NCBI GenBank assembly: GCA_964442185.1
Contig: CAYTWT010000331.1
Location: 156-64,155 of the forward strand
Direction of reading: 5' to 3'
DNA from: an uncultured Acidobacteriota bacterium
GTDB lineage: Bacteria; Acidobacteriota; Vicinamibacteria; Fen-336
Length of the DNA stretch: 64,000 bases
The first letter of the stretch is position 1. Every line of letters begins with the position of its first letter. This document shows, in pieces, positions 48,800-57,026 of the stretch. The notes beneath the pieces were generated by a model that worked only from the letters and a program-made list of their open reading frames with translations, had not been told where the DNA came from and ran no database searches. The translations under genes were made by a program, and so were the position numbers.

Positions 48800-50590
48800 T
48801 CACTCCTGGGGCTCGCGGGCGTCCTGGCTCTCGCCCTGCAGCGCGAGAGCGACCTGGCGCAGGTGCTCCGCCACCTCGGACGGCAGGAACGGGTTGGCGC
48901 CGCTCTTCGGGAACGAGCGCACGGCCTTCGGCAGGTCCAGAAACATGCGCAGCAGCCTGTAGAGCTGACCCTGGTGCGACTGCTCGACGACCAGGCCGGC
49001 GCGCACGGAGGCGAAGAACTCCCGGTACACCTCCTCGGCCACCGGGTACACGAGATAGGGCACGAGCAGCTTGGCTTTGAGGCCCATGGCGCGGGCATGG
49101 CTGAGGGCCTCACGGCATACTCCGGCGCTCGAGCCCCAGCTGACGATGCCCAGAGGCGCCGCCTCGTCGCCGAACACGCGGAACAGGTCGCGCCGGCGCT
49201 TGAGCGGCTCGAGCTTGTGGATGCGCTTCTCGTTCATGCGGGCGTGGATCGCGCCGCTAGCGGTCGGGGCGCCGCGCTCGTTGTGCTCGATGCCCGAGGC
49301 GAGGTAGTTGCCCCCGGGCATCCCCGGCTGGCTCAGCGGGCTGATTCCGGAGGCCGTCATCCGAAAACGCACGTAGTCCTGGAGCTCGCCCGCGCCGGGC
49401 CGCCGCCGCTCCTCGACCTCGATCGCGTCGGTATCGATGGGATCCAGGGTCTCCTTGCGCTGGGCGAGCTCCTGGTCCGAGAGCACGATCACCGGCGTCT
49501 GGTAGTGCTCGGCGATGTTGAAGGCCTGGACCGTGGTCCAGAAGGTATCGGCCACGGTGGTCGGAGCCAGCACCGGCCGCACCGCGTCGCCGTGGGCCGA
49601 AAACGCAGCCTGGTACAGGTCAGCCTGTTCCGGCTTGGTCGGCATGCCGGTCGAGGGCCCGCCGCGCTGCACGTTGACGACCACGAGGGGCAGCTCCGAA
49701 ATCGTGGCGAGGCCCATAATCTCGCTCTTCAGCGACATGCCGGGTCCCGAAGTCGCGGTCATCGCCTTCGCGCCGGCGAAGGACGCGCCCACCGCGGCCC
49801 CGATCCCCGCGATCTCGTCCTCGGCCTGCAGCACCGTGCCGCCGTACTTCCAGATCTCGCGGCTCAGGAACTGCATGATCTCGGTCGAGGGCGTGATCGG
49901 GTAGCCGCCGAAGAAGCGGCAGCCGGCGAAGATCGCCGCGGCCCCGCAGATCTCGTTACCGTCGGTGAGCAGCTTGGCCGGGGCCCGGTCTGCGGGCTTC
50001 GCCAGCGGCATTGGCTCGCGCAGCGGATGAGCGGCGCCCCAGGCCTCGCCCGCCGCGAACGCGCGCTCCGCGGACTCGAGCACCTCGGCGCCCTTCTTGG
50101 CGAGCTTCTTCCGCATCCCGTCGAGCAGGCCCTCGCGGGCCACGCCGAAGAACGCCGCAATCAGGCCGAGGATCACGCTGTTCTTGGCGCGCTCGGTGCC
50201 GGCGCTCTCCCGCGCAAGCTCGGCGATCGGGACCGCCAGCACCTCCTTCGGCGTGACGCCGACGAGCGGCAGCCTGTCTGGGAGCACACCGCTGCGCGCG
50301 TCGTAGAGCACCACCGTCGCGCCGCTGACCGGCAGCTCCGCGCCGAACTTCATGAAGTCGTCCCAGTTGAGCGCTACGGCCACGTCCAGGGCGCCGCCGG
50401 GATTCAGGATCTCGGACGTGGCGATCCGCACGCGGCAGGAGGATTCGCCGCCACGGATCTGCGAGCCGAAGCTCTTGGTCATGATCGCGTGGTAGCCCTC
50501 CGCCGCCGCAGCAGCGATCAACGACTCGCCCGCGGAGAGGATACCGTCGCCGCCCGAGCCGGCCATGCCGAAGACGAGATCAGTTCGCAT
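48800..50590 (-). CDS. korA: 2-oxoacid:ferredoxin oxidoreductase alpha subunit (gamma-alpha fusion)
   Basis: AGSGGDG, QIRGGES, YPITPSTE, EDEIAG, TATSGPG, QRGGPSTGMPT. Confidence 0.93.
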   Translation of the reverse strand: MRTDLVFGMAGSGGDGILSAGESLIAAAAAEGYHAIMTKSFGSQIRGGESSCRVRIATSEILNPGGALDVAVALNWDDFMKFGAELPVSGATVVLYDARSGVLPDRLPLVGVTPKEVLAVPIAELARESAGTERAKNSVILGLIAAFFGVAREGLLDGMRKKLAKKGAEVLESAERAFAAGEAWGAAHPLREPMPLAKPADRAPAKLLTDGNEICGAAAIFAGCRFFGGYPITPSTEIMQFLSREIWKYGGTVLQAEDEIAGIGAAVGASFAGAKAMTATSGPGMSLKSEIMGLATISELPLVVVNVQRGGPSTGMPTKPEQADLYQAAFSAHGDAVRPVLAPTTVADTFWTTVQAFNIAEHYQTPVIVLSDQELAQRKETLDPIDTDAIEVEERRRPGAGELQDYVRFRMTASGISPLSQPGMPGGNYLASGIEHNERGAPTASGAIHARMNEKRIHKLEPLKRRRDLFRVFGDEAAPLGIVSWGSSAGVCREALSHARAMGLKAKLLVPYLVYPVAEEVYREFFASVRAGLVVEQSHQGQLYRLLRMFLDLPKAVRSFPKSGANPFLPSEVAEHLRQVALALQGESQDAREPQE

Positions 50591-50619
50591 CCGCACTCCC
50601 TTGAGTCACTCCGAGCCCT

Positions 50620-50635
50620 AGCACCGTCACTGCCG
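50620..50635 (-). promoter_or_regulatory. Possible sigma54 (-24/-12) promoter of korAB
   Basis: CGGCAGTGACGGTGCT: GG-N10-GC spacing but imperfect flanks versus TGGCAC-N5-TTGCW. Confidence 0.3.
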
Positions 50636-50676
50636 CCTCCCAGGATCCGCGGAGAGTAGGCTAGGAGTTCCTTCGG

Positions 50677-50714
50677 AAAAGACGACGGGCGTCGGGGATC
50701 TCCCCGACGCCCGT
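50677..50714 (-). terminator. Intrinsic terminator downstream of mtrB
   Basis: Perfect inverted repeat ACGGGCGTCGGGGA-TC-TCCCCGACGCCCGT (50685-50714) followed on minus strand by CGTCTTTT. Confidence 0.8.
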
Positions 50715-50732
50715 AGAACGTCCACGAGAGCC

Positions 50733-53069
50733 TTACTGCCAGCTGTAGGTAAGCCGGACGTAGCCGACCCAGGCCTGGTAGTCGCCGTTGTCGGCCTGCA
50801 GGAAGAACGACGCCGGCATGTAGTTCAGGTTGTTCCCGGTCTGCGAGTCGTCGATCTTGTAGTCCTCGTAGCCGAGGCCGGCCGCCGCGGTCCACTGCTT
50901 GGCGAGCTGGTACTTGAGCGAGCCCCAGACCGCGGTCAGCTTGGTGTCGTCGAAGGCGGCGATGGAGCAGGGCGTCGCTCCCGTGGTCGTGCACTGGCGC
51001 AGCAGCGGGTTCGTGCCGTAGATGGTGCTGTACCCTGGTACCAGCGACACGTCGTTGTTGCCGTCGATCTTCTGGTAGCGCCCGAACAGGTTGAGGAACC
51101 ACTTCTCCGGCTGCAAGGTCACGTCGACGCCCCCGCCGAAGGTGCTGCCCTTGTTCGTGATGCTCGCGGTCCACACGTCGTTCGGGTTGAAGTTGAGCGT
51201 CGCGCCGCTCTGGCGGCCGTTCTGCAGGATATCGCCGTCCTCCCAGGTGTAGAAGGCGTACACGGTGGCGCGCTCGCCGGGCGTGTAGTTCGCCTCGACG
51301 GTGAAGGTGTCGTACTGGTCGTCGATCATGCCGAGGGGCGCCTGCTCGCCACCGGGACAAAACACCGCCTGGGTCGGGAAAGCCGCAATGTCCTCGCATT
51401 CCACCGGCTTCTGGTCGTACTCGAACTTGGTGTGGAGGTACGAGGCAAACAAGGTGGCCTTGCCCGAGCCTGGCGACAGCTCGACGGTCCCGCCGAGGCG
51501 GGTCAGGTCGCGCTTCGCCTGGTCGGAGCGGCGGAGCACGGTCTGGTTGGCGGGCAGCCCGGCCTCGAGGAAGGAGTGCTCCTCGGCCTCGACGGCGTGG
51601 TAGTTGCTGTGGTCGCGGTTGCCGAACTCGCCCAGGCCGCGCAGGACGATCCAGTCGCCGCGGTAGTCGGCGGCCACGCGGAACACGTTCTCGCTGGTGT
51701 TTTCAGCTTCGCGGAAGGTTCGCGCCACCTTGTTGTACTTGTAGCCCGCCTCGACGACGAAGGCGCCCTTGCCCAGCGTGGCGTAGGCGTCGAACACGTC
51801 GCTGGTGTATCCATAAGGAACGGTGATGCGCGGGATGTCCTCCCACACGGCGTCGAAGCGGACGTAGCCGACGGGTAGTTCATAGCGCGGCGTCTTGTTG
51901 TCGTGGTCGTAGCGGCGGTAGCGGGCGTTGAGACTCAGCGCGTCGCTGGGCCGCGTGTTGAAGAAGAAGTTCAGGGAGGTGGTGTCGATCTTGCCGTCCA
52001 GCGTCGAGGCCGGCAGCGCCGCCGTGGTGGCGGGCTGGCCGCCGGGCGTGACGATCGCGGTGTTCGTCGTCCAGGCCAGCAGCGGGTCCTCGTTCTGGCG
52101 CAGCTGGCCCAGGGTGAGGTCGGCCGTGAGACGGGTCTTCTTCCCGAACTTCAGCGTGGCGCCCACGGTTTCCATGGTTGCCTTGTTGTCGGGCGGGAGT
52201 GCCATCACGCCGAACCGCGGACCACCCTTCGAGCCGGATCCCGGCGCCGTGTAGGCCGACGGGTCGGTCGCATCCGTCGAACGGAACGGGTTGTCGAAGG
52301 AGTACGTGTCGAAAGCGTTGTGGAAGTCGTTGAACAGGACGGCCGCCCGGGCCACGCCCCACTTGCCCTTGAACGACGCGTTGACCGTGAGATCCTGGGT
52401 GATGTAGCGGACCGGCTCCGGGGTCTCGACCACGTTGCCGAAGCCGAAGGACGTGCCAGCCGCGGCGCGGGTTCCAGAGCGCCGTTCGTGGCCGTAGCTC
52501 ACACCGAGGTCGAAGTTCGAGTCCTTGGGCGTGAGGCTGAAGGCCAGGTTGGTCCGGCCGCGGAGCAGCTTCAGGTCTATGTTCGCCGGAGACGCCGCCA
52601 GACCGGGCGCCACGAGCCTGGCGAGGAAGGGGTACGTGATCGAGGCACTCGGCGCCAGCCCGATGATGCCCTGGTAGTAGGCCTGGGTGCTGTCTGCGAT
52701 CTGCCAGCTGGTGTCGGTGGTGGGGCTCAGGATGCTCTTGCCGCCGTTGCCGAAGTTGTGGGGAATCCCGACGTAACTGGCGTCGAAACGAATCATCCCG
52801 TTGTCGACGAACGCCGCGTGCTGCTGGTCCTTCTGCGTCATGTCACGCGAGCGGATGCCCCAGCGCAGCTCGCCCTTCTTGCCCGAGAAAGTGATGAGGG
52901 GCGCGACGGGGCCCTGCGGAATGTCACGGTACTCGAGGAACTTCGAGGAGTTCGTGTCGAAATCCTTCTGCAGGATCCCGAGGCTGACCTCGCCGACGTT
53001 GAAATCCTCCTGGGCGAGAACGGGCTGTGCGAGTGCGAGGACGGCGCAGGCTGAAAGAATGCGCTTCAT
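50733..53069 (-). CDS. mtrB: MtrB/PioB-family decaheme-associated outer-membrane beta-barrel (778 aa)
   Basis: Signal peptide, KFLEYRD, ETPEPVRY.T, ALPPDN, alternating beta strands, C-terminal YVRLTYSW; directly downstream of decaheme cytochrome. Confidence 0.88.
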   Translation of the reverse strand: MKRILSACAVLALAQPVLAQEDFNVGEVSLGILQKDFDTNSSKFLEYRDIPQGPVAPLITFSGKKGELRWGIRSRDMTQKDQQHAAFVDNGMIRFDASYVGIPHNFGNGGKSILSPTTDTSWQIADSTQAYYQGIIGLAPSASITYPFLARLVAPGLAASPANIDLKLLRGRTNLAFSLTPKDSNFDLGVSYGHERRSGTRAAAGTSFGFGNVVETPEPVRYITQDLTVNASFKGKWGVARAAVLFNDFHNAFDTYSFDNPFRSTDATDPSAYTAPGSGSKGGPRFGVMALPPDNKATMETVGATLKFGKKTRLTADLTLGQLRQNEDPLLAWTTNTAIVTPGGQPATTAALPASTLDGKIDTTSLNFFFNTRPSDALSLNARYRRYDHDNKTPRYELPVGYVRFDAVWEDIPRITVPYGYTSDVFDAYATLGKGAFVVEAGYKYNKVARTFREAENTSENVFRVAADYRGDWIVLRGLGEFGNRDHSNYHAVEAEEHSFLEAGLPANQTVLRRSDQAKRDLTRLGGTVELSPGSGKATLFASYLHTKFEYDQKPVECEDIAAFPTQAVFCPGGEQAPLGMIDDQYDTFTVEANYTPGERATVYAFYTWEDGDILQNGRQSGATLNFNPNDVWTASITNKGSTFGGGVDVTLQPEKWFLNLFGRYQKIDGNNDVSLVPGYSTIYGTNPLLRQCTTTGATPCSIAAFDDTKLTAVWGSLKYQLAKQWTAAAGLGYEDYKIDDSQTGNNLNYMPASFFLQADNGDYQAWVGYVRLTYSWQ

Positions 53070-53077
53070 GGCCCCTC

Positions 53078-53989
53078 CTATCGCCCGAGGTACGGCGCGG
53101 TCGGCGCGTTGCCGCCGTGCACGTTCTGGTGGCAGTTCTTGCACGCGTGCTCGACCGCGCGGTTGCTGGCGGTCGCCGCCGTGCCGGTGGCGTTGATGCC
53201 GGTGTAGAGCGTGCCGGGATGCCGCGTGTTCAGGTGGCAGCGCTGGCAGAGCCAGGGTTGCTGCGAGACGAGCATCTTGTCGTGGTTCGAGCCGTGCGGG
53301 TTGTGGCAGTTCAAGCAGTTCTCCCGTACCGGCGCGTGCTCCCAGAAGAACGGACCGCGCTTCTCGGTGTGGCACTTCAGGCAGAGGTCGTTGTTGACGT
53401 CGGCCTTGATCATCTTCGGCCGGCTGCCGTCGTGGGGGTTGTGGCAGCTGGTGCAGGTCATCAGGCCTTCACGGACCGGATGATGCGAAGTGCGCAGGCT
53501 CTGGGCCCGGATCGCGCTGTGGCAGGTGTAGCAGGTCTCAGGCTCGTTCGCCGTCTTCAGCTGAGCCTTGGGCGACTTGAAGGCGTGAACGGAGTGGCAG
53601 GAGATGCAGCTGACGTCGCGCCGGTCGTGGGCGCTGCCCTTCCAAGTCGGGTGGTTGCCGTCCTCGTGGCAGCTCAGGCAGGTGTTATTCGCCTCCTGCG
53701 GGCTGAGTTTCTTGAAGGAAGGCGCGGGCGCGTCGCTCCGGCCCTCCGCCTGTGCGTCGGCGTGCTCGGCCGCGCCGGCGTGGCAGGCTGCGCACGCCTG
53801 GGCGATCCCGGCGTGTGGGCTGCGCGTGAACGCGTTGGTGAAGGCGTTGTCCTGATGGCAGGCCTGACAGGTCGAGACATCCACCGGTGGTGCGTTTTCC
53901 TGGGCACTCGCCGCGGACGTGCACAGGGCCAGCACACCGAAGGACGCCGCGACGGTCAGGACCATCGCCGCGAGATCCCGGTATCGCAT
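53078..53989 (-). CDS. mtrA: DmsE/MtrA/MtoA-family periplasmic decaheme cytochrome c (303 aa)
   Basis: Ten CxxCH; SHHPVREG.M.C.SCHNPH, CHTEKRGPFFWEHAPV.E.C.NCHNPHGS, NCHQNVHG.N; signal peptide; ATG 53989 after GGAG. Confidence 0.93.
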   Translation of the reverse strand: MRYRDLAAMVLTVAASFGVLALCTSAASAQENAPPVDVSTCQACHQDNAFTNAFTRSPHAGIAQACAACHAGAAEHADAQAEGRSDAPAPSFKKLSPQEANNTCLSCHEDGNHPTWKGSAHDRRDVSCISCHSVHAFKSPKAQLKTANEPETCYTCHSAIRAQSLRTSHHPVREGLMTCTSCHNPHDGSRPKMIKADVNNDLCLKCHTEKRGPFFWEHAPVRENCLNCHNPHGSNHDKMLVSQQPWLCQRCHLNTRHPGTLYTGINATGTAATASNRAVEHACKNCHQNVHGGNAPTAPYLGR

Positions 53990-54451
53990 GCTCACTCCTC
54001 CTTCTTTCCTCGACCGGCCCGCAATTCCTTCGCGGCCGTGCCGCAGGTACTGCAGGCGGGTGTTGTCAAGGCCGACACTGGAACCGAGATGGTATAGGCG
54101 AAGCCCTGTCGGACGAAGGGCTTTCCGACCTCTTTCGGCCTTGGGTTCGGATTGGTTCCCCAGAGCATCGTCGTACTCGGGCAACAGAAGCAAGATTCGG
54201 ACCTGAACGGACGCCAACCATGGATCTTCTCCAAGCTACTGGCGTGAGTCCTCCATATAGGGTTTGTCATGCCTTGCCCCTCCGAGCGCCGGAATGAACG
54301 ATGAACCTTCCGGATCAGGCTAGACGCGTCCCGGTTCCCGAGCAATAGTTCAAATGCGCCAGGCGGACTTGCCCTTCGCTCCCGAGCCTTCGGCGAGCGC
54401 TTCGACAGCTACGGCGAGGCGAGAATGGAATTGTTCGGGTAGGCTTACATC

Positions 54452-55780
54452 GTGATGGCTGCCGACGCGATTGGGCCCGCTCGTTCTCGTAGCGGGCGCC
54501 GTGTCCGGGATCGGCGACGGGATGATTCAGGGCGTCCGGCGCGCGGCGCTCGACCCCGCCCGGGTTCGCTCCAGGGAGGCGGCGTCAGAGGCAGCCTCTT
54601 CTCCATCGCGTTTTCGCTCGTCGGGCTGGGGGCCGGGGCCGCCGGCCCGACGGACGCGGACTGCATGGCCTGCCACGACGGCGTCTCGCTCGGCTCGTCG
54701 ATCCACGCCCAGGCGGGCCTGTCCTGCCTGGATTGCCACTCCGACCTCGCGAGCCTGAAGGAGCTTCCCCACGCCGAGAAACTGGCTCCCGCCAACTGTG
54801 CGGCCTGCCACGAGGACGCGGCGGGCAAGCACGCCATGGGCGTTCACGCCCGGGCTATCGATGCCGGGCGCAAGGGCGCCCGCTGCACCGACTGCCACGG
54901 CGCCGGGCACGGCGTGCTGCCCGCGAGCGACCCGCAGTCGCCGACCAACCACTTCAACGTCCCCCGGACCTGCGCGCAGTGCCACGGCGGCAAGGCGGGC
55001 CCCGCTTCCCGCTTCGAGGACTCGATCCACGGCAAGGCCCTGGCGAAGAGCGGGCTCAAGGTCGCCCCCAACTGCGCGACCTGCCACGCGGCCCACGACG
55101 TCAAGGACCCTCGGGACGAGAGCAGCCCGGCGTACCACGCCAACGTGCCGAAGACCTGCGGCTCGTGCCACGAGGGCATCGTGGCGCGTTACGAAACGAG
55201 CGTCCATGGCAAGGCCGTCGCAGGCGGAAACGCGCGGGCAGCCGTCTGCACCGACTGCCACTCGGCCCACGCGATCCGCGACGTCGGCGTGCCGGCGTGG
55301 AAGCTCGAGGTGCTGAGCGAGTGTGGGACGTGCCACAGCCATTCCCTCAAGACCTACCGCGATGGTTTCCACGGTCAGGCCTCGGCGCTGGGCTTCACGC
55401 GGGTGGCGGCTTGTGCCGACTGCCACGGGTCCCACGACATCCTGCCGGTGTCGGACCCGGGCTCGCGGGTGGCGAAGGCGAACCTGGTCCAGACCTGCGG
55501 CCGTTGTCACGCCGGGGCCAATGAGAGTTACGTGAAGTACGACCCCCACGCCCGGCCCCACGACAAGGACCGCAGCGCACCGGTGTACTACACCACGCTG
55601 TTCATGCAGGTACTGCTGGCCGCCGTGTTCTCCTTCTTCGGCCTGCACGTGGCGCTCTGGTTTCCGAAGGAGATTCGTGTGCGACGCGAGCGAGCCATGG
55701 TGCTGGCCGCCACGAAGCCCGAAGCGCCCGAAGCCCCTGTCCAGGAGGACGAGAAGGATGGCGACGAGCCTCCCCGCTGA
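54452..55780 (+). CDS. Membrane-anchored 11-heme cytochrome c (CbcA / CbcL c-domain-like)
   Basis: Eleven CxxCH; repeated S.HG.A....A.C.DCH..H.I units; C-terminal TM (LFMQVLLAAVFSFFGLH); start uncertain. Confidence 0.88.
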   Translation: MMAADAIGPARSRSGRRVRDRRRDDSGRPARGARPRPGSLQGGGVRGSLFSIAFSLVGLGAGAAGPTDADCMACHDGVSLGSSIHAQAGLSCLDCHSDLASLKELPHAEKLAPANCAACHEDAAGKHAMGVHARAIDAGRKGARCTDCHGAGHGVLPASDPQSPTNHFNVPRTCAQCHGGKAGPASRFEDSIHGKALAKSGLKVAPNCATCHAAHDVKDPRDESSPAYHANVPKTCGSCHEGIVARYETSVHGKAVAGGNARAAVCTDCHSAHAIRDVGVPAWKLEVLSECGTCHSHSLKTYRDGFHGQASALGFTRVAACADCHGSHDILPVSDPGSRVAKANLVQTCGRCHAGANESYVKYDPHARPHDKDRSAPVYYTTLFMQVLLAAVFSFFGLHVALWFPKEIRVRRERAMVLAATKPEAPEAPVQEDEKDGDEPPR

Positions 55781-56609
55781 CCCGGCCCGCAGCCACGTCC
55801 GGCGCTTCGGCCTGGCCGAGCGGCTACTGCATGGCCTGCTCATGTTCAGCTTCCTCGGGCTGGGTCTGACGGGGCTCCCGCTCCTCTTCGCGGAGGCATC
55901 CTGGGCCGCGATCATGGCCGGGCTGGTCGGCGGCTACGGGGTCACGAGCGTCCTGCACCGGATCTTTGCGACGCTGATGATCAGCCTGTTCGCGGCGCAC
56001 CTCGCCCGACTCCTGCACCGGCTCTACGTGAAGAAGGAGCTGGGGATCCTGTGGGGGACCGACTCGCTCGTGCCGCAGCCCCGGGACGTGACCCAGATGG
56101 CCCAGCACTTCCGCTGGTTCGTGGGGCTGGGTCCCCGCCCCGATTTCGGCCGCTTCAGCTACTGGGAGAAGTTCGACTACTGGGCAGTGTTCTGGGGCAT
56201 GGGAGTGATCGGGGGCTCGGGGCTGATGCTCTGGTTCCCGGGGGTCTTCGCCAGGTTTCTGCCTGGCTGGATGTTCAATGTGGCCTTCGTTGTCCACGGC
56301 GAGGAGGCTTTACTCGCGACGATGTTCATCTTCACCGTGCACTTCTTCAACGGGCACCTGCGGCCCGAGAAGTTTCCCATGGACACCGTCATCTTCACGG
56401 GAAGCACGAGCCTCGAGGAATTCCGCCACGAGCGCCCAGCCGAGTACGCGGCTCTGATTACCTCGGGCAAGCTGGACGCGGTCCTGGTGCCACCGCCCGC
56501 ACCGCTGGTCCTGCTCGCGGGCCGAATCGTGGGCAGCATCGCGGTCCTGCTGGGGCTGCTGATGGTCTTCCTGACCGTGCGCGCTGTTGTTACGCTCTCT
56601 CCGGGCTAG
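55758..56609 (+). CDS. Di-heme cytochrome b (FdnI/HydC-type; CbcB / CbcL b-domain-like)
   Basis: His ligands in RLLHG, LHRIFA, VVHGEEALLA, FTVHFF; F.YWEKFDYWAVFWG; overlaps upstream cytochrome gene. Confidence 0.88.
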   Translation: MATSLPADPARSHVRRFGLAERLLHGLLMFSFLGLGLTGLPLLFAEASWAAIMAGLVGGYGVTSVLHRIFATLMISLFAAHLARLLHRLYVKKELGILWGTDSLVPQPRDVTQMAQHFRWFVGLGPRPDFGRFSYWEKFDYWAVFWGMGVIGGSGLMLWFPGVFARFLPGWMFNVAFVVHGEEALLATMFIFTVHFFNGHLRPEKFPMDTVIFTGSTSLEEFRHERPAEYAALITSGKLDAVLVPPPAPLVLLAGRIVGSIAVLLGLLMVFLTVRAVVTLSPG

Positions 56610-56615
56610 GCGGGG

Positions 56616-56631
56616 TGGCCCGAAATTTGCT
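56616..56631 (+). promoter_or_regulatory. sigma54 (-24/-12) promoter
   Basis: TGGCCCGAAATTTGCT matches TGGCACG-N4-TTGCW with one mismatch; AAGGAGG SD and ATG 56661 follow. Confidence 0.75.
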
Positions 56632-56660
56632 CTTCCGCACAAAATAAAGGAGGCCGTCCA

Positions 56661-56945
56661 ATGAAGAAGTGGAGAATCATGGGCGTCGCGGTTGGCTTCG
56701 GACTCGGTGCCCTCATCGTCGCGGCGCCACTCGCGCACGCGAGCATGGACATCCAGAAGGCCGCAAAGGCGGCCGGCGTCCAGGTCGCAAACTGCATGCA
56801 CTGCCACGTCGACAAGCTGCCCAAGAAGGGCGCCGCGACGATGAACGACGTCGGCAAGTGGCTGGTCGCCGAGAAGGACACGCGCAAGGTCCAGAAGATC
56901 GACGGCGCCTGGCTCAAGGACTACAAGGTCCCGGAGCAGAAGTAG
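56661..56945 (+). CDS. Small exported monoheme cytochrome c
   Basis: Signal peptide ending PLAHA-S; single CMHCH; Lys-rich mature domain of about 67 aa. Confidence 0.75.
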   Translation: MKKWRIMGVAVGFGLGALIVAAPLAHASMDIQKAAKAAGVQVANCMHCHVDKLPKKGAATMNDVGKWLVAEKDTRKVQKIDGAWLKDYKVPEQK

Positions 56946-57026
56946 CCGGTCGGTCCTCAGCAATTGCCGCCCCGGAGCTCCGGGTAGGAGTGCGCCCGGA
57001 GTTCCGTCGGCGGTCCTGGAGCTTTC

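Noticed and set aside
54064-54069. TTGACA on the minus strand before mtrA
   Set aside because: There is no acceptable -10 hexamer at 16-18 nt spacing.
54230-54290. GEMM-I-like words (CAAACC...GGAC) on the minus strand of the mtrA leader
   Set aside because: The GNRA tetraloop and GCAAAGC/receptor elements could not be placed, so no riboswitch family is called.
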